Shown: positions 48,162 to 58,286, numbered from the stretch's first letter. The stretch: 64,000 nucleotides of DNA from Patescibacteria group bacterium (GCA_038065415.1 JBBTRA010000006.1:15262-79261); one strand, 5' to 3'. Notes: generated by a model from the letters alone, not told the origin. Program-made: numbers and translations.

Positions 48162-48743
48162 ATGAAACGCGGCTTCACACTGATAGAACTCTTGGTTGTT
48201 ATATCCATCATGAGCATGCTGAGCAGTATACTTTTTGCCTCAATTGCTTCTGCGCGTATGAAGGGGAGAGACGGGCTCAGGATATCTCAGCTCCATCAGA
48301 TAGATCTTGCGGTACAACTCTATATGACATCGAACAACAGGGCTCCTGATCTTCAGGGAACTTGTCCTTCTTCTGCAACGCCAGATAATTCAACTGTTAC
48401 CAATTGTGTCGCGAATGCTACCACCAACTCGACAGCATGGGATCGATTCAAGTCGGACATCCAACCATATATGAAGACGGTTCCAAGTGATCCGTGTATA
48501 GCAAATAGCTCGTGTATAAGTGGGGCATCTGGATACACGCTTGGATATACCTATGTAGCTCCTGCTGCAGTGAAATATCAGTGCGCCGAGGATTCGGGGG
48601 GCACATGTCCACAGACCAGTACAGTGCTCAATCAGTACTATCAACTCTACGCTCCGCTTGAGAGACAAAATATGCCTACAGGGGTAAAGTCTCTCGGTTC
48701 TGCGTTCTTCACACCACCATCTCCTGGAGGATATGGCTTCTAG
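48162..48743 (+). CDS. Type IV pilin/pseudopilin
   Basis: MKRGFTLIELLVVI. Confidence 0.9.
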   Translation: MKRGFTLIELLVVISIMSMLSSILFASIASARMKGRDGLRISQLHQIDLAVQLYMTSNNRAPDLQGTCPSSATPDNSTVTNCVANATTNSTAWDRFKSDIQPYMKTVPSDPCIANSSCISGASGYTLGYTYVAPAAVKYQCAEDSGGTCPQTSTVLNQYYQLYAPLERQNMPTGVKSLGSAFFTPPSPGGYGF

Positions 48744-50205
48744 GTACATGTCCATCTTACGTGTGCCACGGGTATGGCTATATATAGGGGTTGCAACTTT
48801 TTTGGTTGCAGCTGCATTTATCTGGCTACCTTCTGTTCGTGTTGTATTGCACTCGATCGTCAATGTATTTGCAACTGGTCGAACAGGTACCAAGGCGCTG
48901 ATATTCATGGCGTATGTGATATCAGTTTCAGGTATCCTCTATGTGCGTTCTAAGAAAACAGAGTCTACGCATACGCTACGGTACTGGAAGGTGTTCACTG
49001 CTACGAGCGCTCTTGGTGCGTATGTTCTTAATTTTTTCACATATCTGTGGACGATGAAGCTCTGGCATATCCCGGTGTTCACGTATTCACTCATTTATAA
49101 CAACGGTTCATTCACATCATTTCAATTCGTACATAATCATGCAACTAAGGGAGCTATCGCTGTTCTGACACAGCTACTCCCAGAAGGGGTCTTCGGCCAT
49201 CTCGATGCAGGCACAGCTCTTCTTGGGATAATTCCGAATGCACTCTTATCGCTACAGGCGCTACTTGTTCTGGGATGCATCATCGGTATATACGGAATAT
49301 GGCATGCTGTGCTTCCAAGGATCACAGCTCTCTCTTCGAGACGAGCAGTAGTATATGTAGCGATGTTGATCCTGAGTTCGTTCATGGTACTCAAGTCTCT
49401 TCTTGATGGGGGAATCTTCAGTTTTGAAGCTGTTGTCGGTTTGTCCTTCTTCTTTTTCCTCATATCGAAAGGTTCGACTCGGGCACGGAATACACTGCTC
49501 GTGGTCAATGGTGCATATTTCATCCTTCTTGGCTTACTGTATTGGGTGGGCTACTTTGCCACAGATAGTAACTATGGATATCATAATTTCTCTTTCGTCA
49601 CTATCTTGCTTGTAATGACAGCTTTGTATGGGATATATGAATTTGGGAAGACAAGGCTCACGATGCTCGTACTCATGATGGCGGTCATACCTCTGTGCGT
49701 TCAGGTGTACAACGGCTTGACTGTATTTGAGTACAGAAATATTTCGGTAGAAAAGGATGACATCGCGTACATTTTCTCATATGAGAACCTTGATATTCCG
49801 GGGTATACGTTGCGCCATAGTATAGGGAAGATCAATCTCTATACATTCTCGCCGAGGGAGCCTATGGCTATAGCGGACATCATCCCGCATACAGGGTTTG
49901 CTGACAATATGACGCCAGTTAGTGTTGCGTGGAAGACGTGCGTACCACCTGCGCCCCGAACGAGCTACACACTCAATGTTGTTTCTCCGAATGCGATCGA
50001 TATGGATAACGAGGTTACCCAGTTGTATCGAATGGACGCGGTACCACTTGGTACATATGACGATGGTTTTCATCGATACTCGGTCACTATATCGGCGCAT
50101 CCATGTTCGGTTCCTCAGCTCATCGTATTTGTACAAGAAATCTTAGCGAAGCATTTTGGGGGATTCGCTATATACGATATACAGCAGTTCGAAAACGGCG
50201 AATAA
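48733..50205 (+). CDS. Polytopic membrane protein with a C-terminal soluble domain
   Basis: About 10-11 hydrophobic segments; no recognised family. Confidence 0.7.
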   Translation: MASRYMSILRVPRVWLYIGVATFLVAAAFIWLPSVRVVLHSIVNVFATGRTGTKALIFMAYVISVSGILYVRSKKTESTHTLRYWKVFTATSALGAYVLNFFTYLWTMKLWHIPVFTYSLIYNNGSFTSFQFVHNHATKGAIAVLTQLLPEGVFGHLDAGTALLGIIPNALLSLQALLVLGCIIGIYGIWHAVLPRITALSSRRAVVYVAMLILSSFMVLKSLLDGGIFSFEAVVGLSFFFFLISKGSTRARNTLLVVNGAYFILLGLLYWVGYFATDSNYGYHNFSFVTILLVMTALYGIYEFGKTRLTMLVLMMAVIPLCVQVYNGLTVFEYRNISVEKDDIAYIFSYENLDIPGYTLRHSIGKINLYTFSPREPMAIADIIPHTGFADNMTPVSVAWKTCVPPAPRTSYTLNVVSPNAIDMDNEVTQLYRMDAVPLGTYDDGFHRYSVTISAHPCSVPQLIVFVQEILAKHFGGFAIYDIQQFENGE

Positions 50206-50206
50206 C

Positions 50207-50710
50207 ATGATGATTGATATACTACAGGCGGCCATCATATTTGCGCTGCCATGTTGGGTGGCGAATATGGCATTTTCCCTCATTGTGCCCCTGAAGAGGG
50301 TAGTGCCTCTAGTGGCACAGATCGATCGACCACTTGATCACGGAGCGTCTTTGGGTGGTTCACGTATTTTTGGGGATTCCCGGAACTATGCAGGACTTAT
50401 TCTTGCGCTTGTTCTTGCATTATCGTGGGGGATTGCGGCACATGATCCACTGGTTGGAGCAAAGATTATGCTTACCTTTGTGGGGGCGGTGCTCGGCAGT
50501 TTCATCAAACGTAGGTTTAGGCTACGTTCAGGGCAGAAGATGCCCGTGCTCGATCAGCTTGATTATATGTTTGTAGTCGGAGGTATCTGGTATTTTTTTG
50601 GTTTTGAGAGTGGGGCTGTTGTCTGCATGGCGATGCTGATCACCCTTATTGGTCAACCGACTATTTCGTATGTAGCTTTTTTGCTCCGGTTGAAGGACAA
50701 GCCTTACTAG
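50207..50710 (+). CDS. CDP-archaeol synthase (CarS/DUF46)-like membrane cytidylyltransferase, divergent
   Basis: PxxxAN, PLDxG...RIFGD, GSFIKRR, PVLDQLD. Confidence 0.8.
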   Translation: MMIDILQAAIIFALPCWVANMAFSLIVPLKRVVPLVAQIDRPLDHGASLGGSRIFGDSRNYAGLILALVLALSWGIAAHDPLVGAKIMLTFVGAVLGSFIKRRFRLRSGQKMPVLDQLDYMFVVGGIWYFFGFESGAVVCMAMLITLIGQPTISYVAFLLRLKDKPY

Positions 50711-50740
50711 CACCTCCACATTCGAAAGTATCTTTAGTGT

Positions 50741-50896
50741 TATACTATTCCCATGAAACGAGGCTTCACTCTCGTAGAACTCCTGGTGGTTATATCCATC
50801 GTATCGATGCTCGCTAGTATCGTGATGGTGCAGATTAGTCTTGCGCAAGCAAAAGGCCGTGATTCACTGCGTACACAGCAAATCAGGCAAATAGAT
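50741..50896 (+). repeat. Near-identical direct repeat of promoter plus pilin 5' end (partner 51646-51801)
   Basis: About 156 nt with 5 differences counted by eye. Confidence 0.9.
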
Positions 50897-51607
50897 ACGG
50901 CTATGCAATTGTATGTAGAGACATATAAGAGGGCACCCTTGGCAGATAGTTTGACGGGGTGCGATATTCAGTCAGAAAATCCGACCGAATATGAGGATGT
51001 CTCTTCCTGCTTTGCAGTATCGACAAATGGGACTGAGACTCAAGAGCAGAATTGGGATACCTTGAGAACAGAACTTCAAGAATTCATACGGTTACCAGAA
51101 GATCCGTGTGGCACATGTGTTTCGGGGTCAGATGGATTTCTTATCGGGTATACATATGTTGCTCCCTATGCGATGCAGTACTACTGCTACACAACAGGGA
51201 CATGTATAGCGACCAATGAGTCCTATCAGGTGTACGCCCCCCTTGAGCGTCAGACGATGCCGACCGGTAGTGAAGGATCATCACAAAACTACGCATCTCC
51301 AAATCAGCCTCCCGCTTCATATGCTTTGAGTACGCCCACGGGCTTAGGAGCAATTCCATGGCAACCTCCTTCTAAACTGCTTTCATGGCAACCGTCGACA
51401 GGGGCACCTGAGGGTGCGTCAATACTCTATTATGTTCGAAAGGAAGGAAACCCTCAGGAACATCTGGTCGAAGGCACAACTTCTTTTTGGGCACGAGTCG
51501 GGGATTATGGGTGGATTGCTCCATATTGTTGGACTGTGCGCGCAGAGGATCCTGAAAATGGACTTTACTCGGATCGTAGTGAACCTTCCTGTGTATCAGC
51601 GCCGTAG
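50753..51607 (+). CDS. Type IV pilin with a C-terminal FN3-like domain
   Basis: MKRGFTLVELLVVI; PTGL...LSWQPS...CWTVRA. Confidence 0.88.
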   Translation: MKRGFTLVELLVVISIVSMLASIVMVQISLAQAKGRDSLRTQQIRQIDTAMQLYVETYKRAPLADSLTGCDIQSENPTEYEDVSSCFAVSTNGTETQEQNWDTLRTELQEFIRLPEDPCGTCVSGSDGFLIGYTYVAPYAMQYYCYTTGTCIATNESYQVYAPLERQTMPTGSEGSSQNYASPNQPPASYALSTPTGLGAIPWQPPSKLLSWQPSTGAPEGASILYYVRKEGNPQEHLVEGTTSFWARVGDYGWIAPYCWTVRAEDPENGLYSDRSEPSCVSAP

Positions 51608-51657
51608 TACCCAGGTGAGTTTGGAAAGCTAGCATGACCATATGCTATACTATTCCC

Positions 51658-52911
51658 ATGAAACGAGGCTTCACTCTCGTAGAACTCCTGGTGGTTATAT
51701 CCATCGTATCGATGCTCGCTAGTATCGTGATGGTACAGGTTAGTTTGGCGCAAGCAAAAGGCCGTGATTCACTGCGTACACAGCAAATCAGGCAGATAGA
51801 TCTTGCGACTCAGATGTATATAGAAGCGAATGGTCATGCTCCGTATCTAGAAGATCTCCAAAACGATGTTCCGCCGACCCTTTGTGACATTCAGTCTGAA
51901 ATTCCTGAAGAAAGCGAGGCATCGGCATGCTTTGCTGTGTCGTCTCAGGGTGTAGATACCCCAGCAGGGAGGGCGTGGGAAGCTTTCAAGAAAGATCTCG
52001 CGCCATACATGAATGTGCCCAATGATCCTTGCGGCAGTTCATGTGCCTCGGCTTCGGATTTTCCGATCGGATACACGTACGTGTCGCCACTTGCTATGCA
52101 GTACTACTGTTCCTATTCCGGCTGTATTGTGACTGACGATTCGTATCAGCTCTATGCTCCGTTGGAACGCGAGTCGAACCCGAGTGGTAATAGTGGATCT
52201 TCGAGCAACTATTCCCATAATCCAGGGAGTTCATCGGGAGGAGATGGCGGGCAAGATGATTCTGTACCTCCGAGCGTGCCAGCTAATGTAGACGTTACCT
52301 TGAATTCACTCTGGACCGGAGGGTCGATTGGTATCGAGATCACTTGGGACGCATCTACAGACGATGATTCGGGAATTGCGGGCTACAAAGTATCGCCGTT
52401 GGATGATAACTCATATAGTGGCTATGATGATGAAGGAAATCCGATACCTACGGATCCAACACCGGGAACTTCTCGAGATACGCACGGCCTGATCTGGTCG
52501 ATGGGCATGAGTTTCTGTTATAGCGTCAGAGCCTATGATACTGCAGGCAATCCATCTGGGCCGAGCGATGAGGTTTGTACCCCGAATATACCAGCATTCT
52601 TCGGGGCCCCTACGGGCGTTACCGCTATCCGTCAAGGTAATCAGGTAACGGTCAATTGGAATGCGGCTGCAAACCTAACATCTGACGCGGTCGTCAAATA
52701 CCAGGTCTATCATCCAGGCGGCTTCCTCATAACAGAGACCACCCAGTTGTCTGCTACCTATGATGCGGTGGGTTGGGGTAACTGCGTCAGGATTGCTCCG
52801 GTGGGGTATGTCAATTTTGAGGGTTCTGAATGGCTCCTGTATAACGACAATAGTGGTTTCGGACTACCTCCAATCTCAAGTGCTACCACATGTGCATCTC
52901 CAGGTATTTAA
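51658..52911 (+). CDS. Type IV pilin with two C-terminal FN3-like domains
   Basis: MKRGFTLVELL; PPSVPAN..ITWDASTDD..YSVRAYDTAGN; APTGV..VNWNA. Confidence 0.88.
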   Translation: MKRGFTLVELLVVISIVSMLASIVMVQVSLAQAKGRDSLRTQQIRQIDLATQMYIEANGHAPYLEDLQNDVPPTLCDIQSEIPEESEASACFAVSSQGVDTPAGRAWEAFKKDLAPYMNVPNDPCGSSCASASDFPIGYTYVSPLAMQYYCSYSGCIVTDDSYQLYAPLERESNPSGNSGSSSNYSHNPGSSSGGDGGQDDSVPPSVPANVDVTLNSLWTGGSIGIEITWDASTDDDSGIAGYKVSPLDDNSYSGYDDEGNPIPTDPTPGTSRDTHGLIWSMGMSFCYSVRAYDTAGNPSGPSDEVCTPNIPAFFGAPTGVTAIRQGNQVTVNWNAAANLTSDAVVKYQVYHPGGFLITETTQLSATYDAVGWGNCVRIAPVGYVNFEGSEWLLYNDNSGFGLPPISSATTCASPGI

Positions 52912-52923
52912 TTTATAACGAAT

Positions 52924-53754
52924 ATGAACGGTATACATACTAAAGCATTCACTTTGATAGAGCTCCTGGTAGTCATCTCCATTCTCTCAATGTTGGCCAG
53001 CGTGATACTCGTCAATACCGCCTCGGTGCGCGCATCAGGCCGAGATGGTGTGCGTGTGCAGCAGATACGCCAGATAGATCTGGCAGTGAAGTTATACACT
53101 GAGGCGAATGGGCATGCTCCATTGTTGACTGGTTGTGATGTTCAGTCTCAGAATCCATCTGTGTCGCAAGCGCAGGCCTCGTCTTGTTTCGCAGTTTCAA
53201 CCGGAGGACTAGCATGGGATTCTTTTAAGAGTCAGATTGCTCCATATATGCCACAGACACCAGGCGATCCTTGTCCTACAGGGTGCACATCTCCTTCAGG
53301 TTTTCCTATCGGATATGCGTATGGAGCACCGCTCGCCATGCAATATTATTGCGGCCTGGCCGGGTATTCGTGCACCGCTAACAGGAAGTCGTATCAACTA
53401 TATACACCACTTGAGAAGAGTCCCAATCTCGTCGGCACAAAAGATGTAGGTGACTTTTTCACACCAACGATGGCTGCGCCCGTTATAACAAATTTCAATT
53501 CATTCCCGTTCTTCAATGGACCGCAACAAACCCCAGGACGTCATTTTGTCTGGCAAGTTACCAATGCGCCGAGCTGCATACTATCGGATAGTTTTGGTAC
53601 TATTCCTATAACAACAGTGCTGATTAGTGAGGCGGGGAATGGGTCACAGTCATTCATAGGAGCAAGCTTCTTTGGTCCGAACGATATAGTGACTGTTACG
53701 TGTTCGACGGCTGGAGGTACTGCTACAGCTCAATATATAGTTCCTGCGCAGTAG
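52924..53754 (+). CDS. Type IV pilin with a C-terminal Ig-like domain
   Basis: KAFTLIELLVVI; shares the DPC..GY.Y.AP..YQLY.PLE core. Confidence 0.88.
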   Translation: MNGIHTKAFTLIELLVVISILSMLASVILVNTASVRASGRDGVRVQQIRQIDLAVKLYTEANGHAPLLTGCDVQSQNPSVSQAQASSCFAVSTGGLAWDSFKSQIAPYMPQTPGDPCPTGCTSPSGFPIGYAYGAPLAMQYYCGLAGYSCTANRKSYQLYTPLEKSPNLVGTKDVGDFFTPTMAAPVITNFNSFPFFNGPQQTPGRHFVWQVTNAPSCILSDSFGTIPITTVLISEAGNGSQSFIGASFFGPNDIVTVTCSTAGGTATAQYIVPAQ

Positions 53755-53767
53755 GTTGTGAGCATTC

Positions 53768-56113
53768 TTATTCGAAGTGACTTTCTTTTGCTGATCGATC
53801 CACAACTTTTTTGAGCAATGGATATTTTCCGAGAGAGGTATCTTCGGCGATAAGCTTCATTGCCTCATTTCTCGCCGCTTCTACCATTTTGAGATTTTTG
53901 AGTGCTTCCATAGCTACATCTGAGACTCCCCATTGGCGTAGACCAGAGAGTTCACCGGCACCGCGCTGGGTGAGGTCGAGTTCGGCCAACTCAAAACCAT
54001 TCTTGGCTGTAGCGAGGGCCGTCAGACGCTCGATTGACTTGGCGGAATTGGTCTCAGTGAATGCATAACAGTAGGCCTGGTGCGCACTTCTCATGACGCG
54101 TCCGCGGAGCTGGTGGAGCTGGGCGAGACCAAACCGCTCAGCACCTTCGATGATGATGACTGTCGCGTTCGGTACATTGACTCCGACTTCAACGACTGAG
54201 GTGGCGCAGAGGATATTGATCTTACCAGATTTGAAGTCGGCCATTGCACGATCTTTTTCGTGAGGCTTCATCTTGCCGTGCAGGATACCGACTTCATATT
54301 CAGGGAATACCGACCGACTGAGACGAGCCGCTTCTTCCTTTACTGACTTGGCGATAACGGCTGCTTCTTTGTCCGGGTCGGGCTCATCGATGCGTGGACA
54401 GATGACATAGAGTTGTCTGCCGTCCGCGAGTTCTCTGCGGATCTTTTCATATGTTTCGCTACGCTTGTCCGGTAGAACGAGCTCGGTGATGATGGGCTTG
54501 CGTCCTGCAGGGCTCTGGTCGAGGATGGTGAGATCAAGGTCGCCATAAATAGTCAGTGCGAGGGTTCGTGGGATGGGTGTAGCGGTCATGGAAAGGAGAT
54601 GGGGAGCAAGTGCATTTCCGTGCTCCATGTTCTTCTGCACAAGTCGTTTGCGTTGGCCGATACCGAAGCGATGCTGTTCGTCGATGATGGCATATGCAAG
54701 CCGCTTGAACTTCACAGACTTCTGGATGAGTGCTTGGGTGCCTATGACTGCCGCGATCGAACCGTCGGCTACCCATTTTAAGAGTTGAGACCGTGATATA
54801 TCGGTCCAACTTTTTGGATTCACCTTGGAAGGGAACACGCGGCATCCGGAGCCTGTGATAAGTGCAATGCGTATCGGCATGTATGAGAAATACTGGATGA
54901 ATGATTCAAAATGCTGGGTGGCTAATATTTCCGTGGGACACATATATGCGATCTGAAGACGCGCGTTCATTACTGCATATGCAGTTGCTGCTGCGACGGC
55001 CGTCTTGCCAGAACCGACGTCTCCTTCGAGGAGTCTGGACATGGGCTGTTCACGTGACATATCGCCGACGATAGTCTCGATGGCTCTTTTCTGTGCATCA
55101 GTGGCCTGGAATGGGAAGCGGCGGATGAATTCATGCACATGTCCCATATCGGTCTCGAGAACGAATGAAGGGTACTGTTCGTAGAGCTTGCGAGCCTGTT
55201 GGCGTCCGAGCTGTATCATGAATATCTCTTGGAATGAGAACCGTTTGCGTGCAGACAAGGCATCATCGTGTTTCTGGGGAGCGTGCATCCAGATACATGC
55301 AGTCTTGATCCCTGGAAGGTTATATTTCTTCAGGATGTCCGCCGGAATGGGATCTTCGAGTGCATCCAAGATGCCTGTCTTGAAGAGCTTCTGTAGAGAA
55401 TGGTACATCCAAAGAGAGCTGATACCTCGGGATTCAGGGTAGACAGGATACAAGGTGTGAGATTCGCCATCAGTTCCGAAGAGTGAGTCGCCGACACCTA
55501 CCGGAAGTTTGTCGATGAGTTCGATTTTTGGGTTAGAGAAGTATAACTTCGCATTATCAGGCTCCACAAAAACAGGCTCTTCACCCACGATAGCCTTTGC
55601 TCGCATGGAGGAAGAGCTCGCAAAGGCTTCTTTTCTCGGCGTTGTGTTCGTGGTGAACGGGATACTATGTCCCAACGCCTCCGAAGAGGGATCAGAACCT
55701 ATTTTTGTTTCGCTTTCAATGCTCCTTACTTCTTTCCCCTTACTCCTCCGCTGACTGACCTTACCCTCGATACGGACGAGGGCGCCCTCGGGGGTCATTT
55801 TTGCGATATAGGGTTGATTGAACCAGATGCACTGGATCGTACCGCTCTCGTCTTCGACGGTTGCTGTGGCCATGGTCATCTTGGTCTTGAAACCCTTGGT
55901 TGCTTTGAGGTGGGTGATTTTGCCGAATATGGCAACCGCATCGCCTTTTTTGAGGGAGCTTATGCTCCGCGCCTCGGCTGTGTCACCATAGCGTACGGGA
56001 AAATGATAGAGGAGGTCTTCTAGGGTGTGTACACCAAGCTTCTTCAGTGCATCCTTCTGGATTGGTGTGATACGGAAATGCTCGGATACAGGTATATCGG
56101 GAGAGATGGGCAT
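53768..56113 (-). CDS. recG: ATP-dependent DNA helicase RecG (about 60-aa insertion in the wedge domain)
   Basis: GDVGSGKT, PTEILA, DEQHRFG, MTATPIPRTL, QLHQLRGRV. Confidence 0.96.
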   Translation of the reverse strand: MPISPDIPVSEHFRITPIQKDALKKLGVHTLEDLLYHFPVRYGDTAEARSISSLKKGDAVAIFGKITHLKATKGFKTKMTMATATVEDESGTIQCIWFNQPYIAKMTPEGALVRIEGKVSQRRSKGKEVRSIESETKIGSDPSSEALGHSIPFTTNTTPRKEAFASSSSMRAKAIVGEEPVFVEPDNAKLYFSNPKIELIDKLPVGVGDSLFGTDGESHTLYPVYPESRGISSLWMYHSLQKLFKTGILDALEDPIPADILKKYNLPGIKTACIWMHAPQKHDDALSARKRFSFQEIFMIQLGRQQARKLYEQYPSFVLETDMGHVHEFIRRFPFQATDAQKRAIETIVGDMSREQPMSRLLEGDVGSGKTAVAAATAYAVMNARLQIAYMCPTEILATQHFESFIQYFSYMPIRIALITGSGCRVFPSKVNPKSWTDISRSQLLKWVADGSIAAVIGTQALIQKSVKFKRLAYAIIDEQHRFGIGQRKRLVQKNMEHGNALAPHLLSMTATPIPRTLALTIYGDLDLTILDQSPAGRKPIITELVLPDKRSETYEKIRRELADGRQLYVICPRIDEPDPDKEAAVIAKSVKEEAARLSRSVFPEYEVGILHGKMKPHEKDRAMADFKSGKINILCATSVVEVGVNVPNATVIIIEGAERFGLAQLHQLRGRVMRSAHQAYCYAFTETNSAKSIERLTALATAKNGFELAELDLTQRGAGELSGLRQWGVSDVAMEALKNLKMVEAARNEAMKLIAEDTSLGKYPLLKKVVDRSAKESHFE
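55566..55708. repeat. Structured palindromic element inside recG
   Basis: Terminal IR ACAAAAACAGGCTCT/AGAACCTATTTTTGT (13/15); inner stems AGCCTTTGC/GCAAAGGCT and GGCGTTG/CAACGCC. Confidence 0.7.
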
Positions 56114-56163
56114 GAGGATAGTTTACCGTTTATGACGAAAAGGGGGAAGTTGCGTACTAACTC

Positions 56164-56997
56164 TTATTTGATTGAGTATGTTTTATTGTGCACCATCAAA
56201 AACCCCTCCTTCACTAAATCCCTCAAATTTTTCTCCAGTTTCACCCGTTCGATCTTTTCTTTTTTGAAATACTCAAAAATATCCTCTGCTTTCATGGGCC
56301 TCTCCAACACCAATCTCAATATCCTCGATCTCAGTTCACGGTTTGAGCCTTTGAAAGGCTTTTGTTTGATATGGTGTGTGCTTCGGCGTGAAGGATTCGA
56401 GGTCTGCTTCTTCAGGTGCGACCCATAGTCCATCAGGGCATAGTACCACTCACGGGGGTTCTTCTTGTTTTTCGTGTGCAGCAGTGATTTTTCTATGAGT
56501 GGCATGAGCTGCGCGTCAGAAACCTTTTTTCGCGATCTTTTGAAAAAGTGCTCGATAAATACCGACCGTATGTTGGTTTCGATGAAAGGATGAGGAATAT
56601 TATATGCAAAAGCGAGTATCGAGCCGGCAGTGTTGGGTCCGATACCTGGAAGTTCACGGAGCTGATCGAACGACCGAGGCAATTCGCCCGAACCTTTTTC
56701 ATTATTCGTAATAGTTTCAGCTATCCTCTTCAAATAGAGTGCTCGCCGATTGTACCCGAGCCCAGACCATTCTTGTAAGACTTCTTTGGTAGGTGCACAC
56801 GCCAGTGTTTGCCAGTCGGGGAAGCGTGCGATGAATGACTCGAATTTCCTTGTGACCCTGTCTACCTGCGTCTGCTGGAGCATGATTTCGGATACTACTA
56901 TGTAATACGGACGGGTATCGGTGCGCCAGGCCATGGTCCGTCGATGTTTGCTCCGATAGTTCCAGATTTTCTGGATGAGCTGCTCAAGCGTACTCAT
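56164..56997 (-). CDS. mutY: A/G-specific adenine glycosylase-like (HhH-GPD), no Fe-S motif
   Basis: VSEIMLQQTQV, WSGLGYNRRA, LPGIGPNTA, IETN, ALMDYG. Confidence 0.85.
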   Translation of the reverse strand: MSTLEQLIQKIWNYRSKHRRTMAWRTDTRPYYIVVSEIMLQQTQVDRVTRKFESFIARFPDWQTLACAPTKEVLQEWSGLGYNRRALYLKRIAETITNNEKGSGELPRSFDQLRELPGIGPNTAGSILAFAYNIPHPFIETNIRSVFIEHFFKRSRKKVSDAQLMPLIEKSLLHTKNKKNPREWYYALMDYGSHLKKQTSNPSRRSTHHIKQKPFKGSNRELRSRILRLVLERPMKAEDIFEYFKKEKIERVKLEKNLRDLVKEGFLMVHNKTYSIK

Positions 56998-56998
56998 G

Positions 56999-57556
56999 CT
57001 ATTCAAATTTGAGTCGCTCGATACCGAGGGCTATGACTATCGCTCCCGTGGTGATGCCGGCATAGACAGAGATGATTGTTATATAGGAGAGTGTTAGGCC
57101 ACTGAGGAGACCGAGACTGAATGCAGAACACCAAGATACCAGCGAGATTGCTCCACAGGCGAAGGCAAGAGTGCGAGCTTGACGTTCTTTTTTTGAGGTC
57201 AAAAAACCACCCTGTGCCATATGAGGTTGTATCCAGCGTGCTAGAACAAAACCATTTACAGTCAGCACACCGACGATAGTCATTTTGGATAGAAACTTGG
57301 CTGATTCAGAATACCCTGCAGGATTTGATATGAATAGCGCCACGCCACTTACTATGATCACTGCAAGCGCTATCCAGATGATGCGTGAGAGACGCTCGAG
57401 CGTCTTTCGTTCCTGGGTATCTAGTGAACGATCGCGGCCATAGAAACTGAACAACACATCGGATGCAAGGGCTGCTCCCATGCCGACGATGGCACTGATG
57501 GCATGTAAGGCGATGCTATACGGCTTCAGTTCTAGGAAAAATCCGGTTATTTCCAT
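56999..57556 (-). CDS. Multi-TM membrane protein
   Basis: Five hydrophobic segments. Confidence 0.7.
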   Translation of the reverse strand: MEITGFFLELKPYSIALHAISAIVGMGAALASDVLFSFYGRDRSLDTQERKTLERLSRIIWIALAVIIVSGVALFISNPAGYSESAKFLSKMTIVGVLTVNGFVLARWIQPHMAQGGFLTSKKERQARTLAFACGAISLVSWCSAFSLGLLSGLTLSYITIISVYAGITTGAIVIALGIERLKFE

Positions 57557-57578
57557 ATCGTTCTATGGTGGTGGGGTG

Positions 57579-58265
57579 TTAGTTGCTGACCCGGGTTGCT
57601 TTGATGGTGGCAGTCACAGTGAATTCCTCATCAACTCCGGCAACAGACTTGACCTCAGGTATCTTGAGACCAAAATCAGCTCGCTTGAGTTTGAGTGTGG
57701 CGGTACCAGTGAGTGCATCGTCAGCAACCTTCATGACGACTGCAAAAGTTGCAGGTTTGGTCATACCAGCGATGGTAAGGTCGCCAGATACAATGAGATT
57801 GAGAGTCGTGGTTGTCGCTATGGTAGCAGGTACTCCCGTCACCATTTTCGGGGTAAAGGTCATGAACTCATTGCCGTCTTCTTCGGACTTGAGAATGAAA
57901 CGAGCAATCGCACCATCACGCTTCTCGCTGTCAGTCTTGAACGTGCGTGCGTTGACAGCGAGTGGACCAAACATGACGGAATTGCGGGATATGGTGATGA
58001 CGCCTGCGACTTCTGTTGTGGTGCCTATTACGGTCTTTGGATTGCTGTTGAGGATTTCTCCGATGCGGAATTCAACGAGGGATTCGGATTGAGAGATACG
58101 ATAGATTCTCGATGTGGTAGCGGTGCTTGATACGGCTGAGCTGTTTGGAATAGTGGCAGAATCAACACTTTGGCTTGGGGCTGCGGCGGGGCGGGTTGCA
58201 TAAAGGAATATGCCAATAGCAACAAGAATGATGAGGATGATAGTAATGAGTATTTTTTTGATCAT
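57579..58265 (-). CDS. YceI family protein
   Basis: N-terminal anchor; FKTDSEKRD, LKRADFGL. Confidence 0.85.
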   Translation of the reverse strand: MIKKILITIILIILVAIGIFLYATRPAAAPSQSVDSATIPNSSAVSSTATTSRIYRISQSESLVEFRIGEILNSNPKTVIGTTTEVAGVITISRNSVMFGPLAVNARTFKTDSEKRDGAIARFILKSEEDGNEFMTFTPKMVTGVPATIATTTTLNLIVSGDLTIAGMTKPATFAVVMKVADDALTGTATLKLKRADFGLKIPEVKSVAGVDEEFTVTATIKATRVSN

Positions 58266-58286
58266 ATATGGTATTTTAGCACATCC

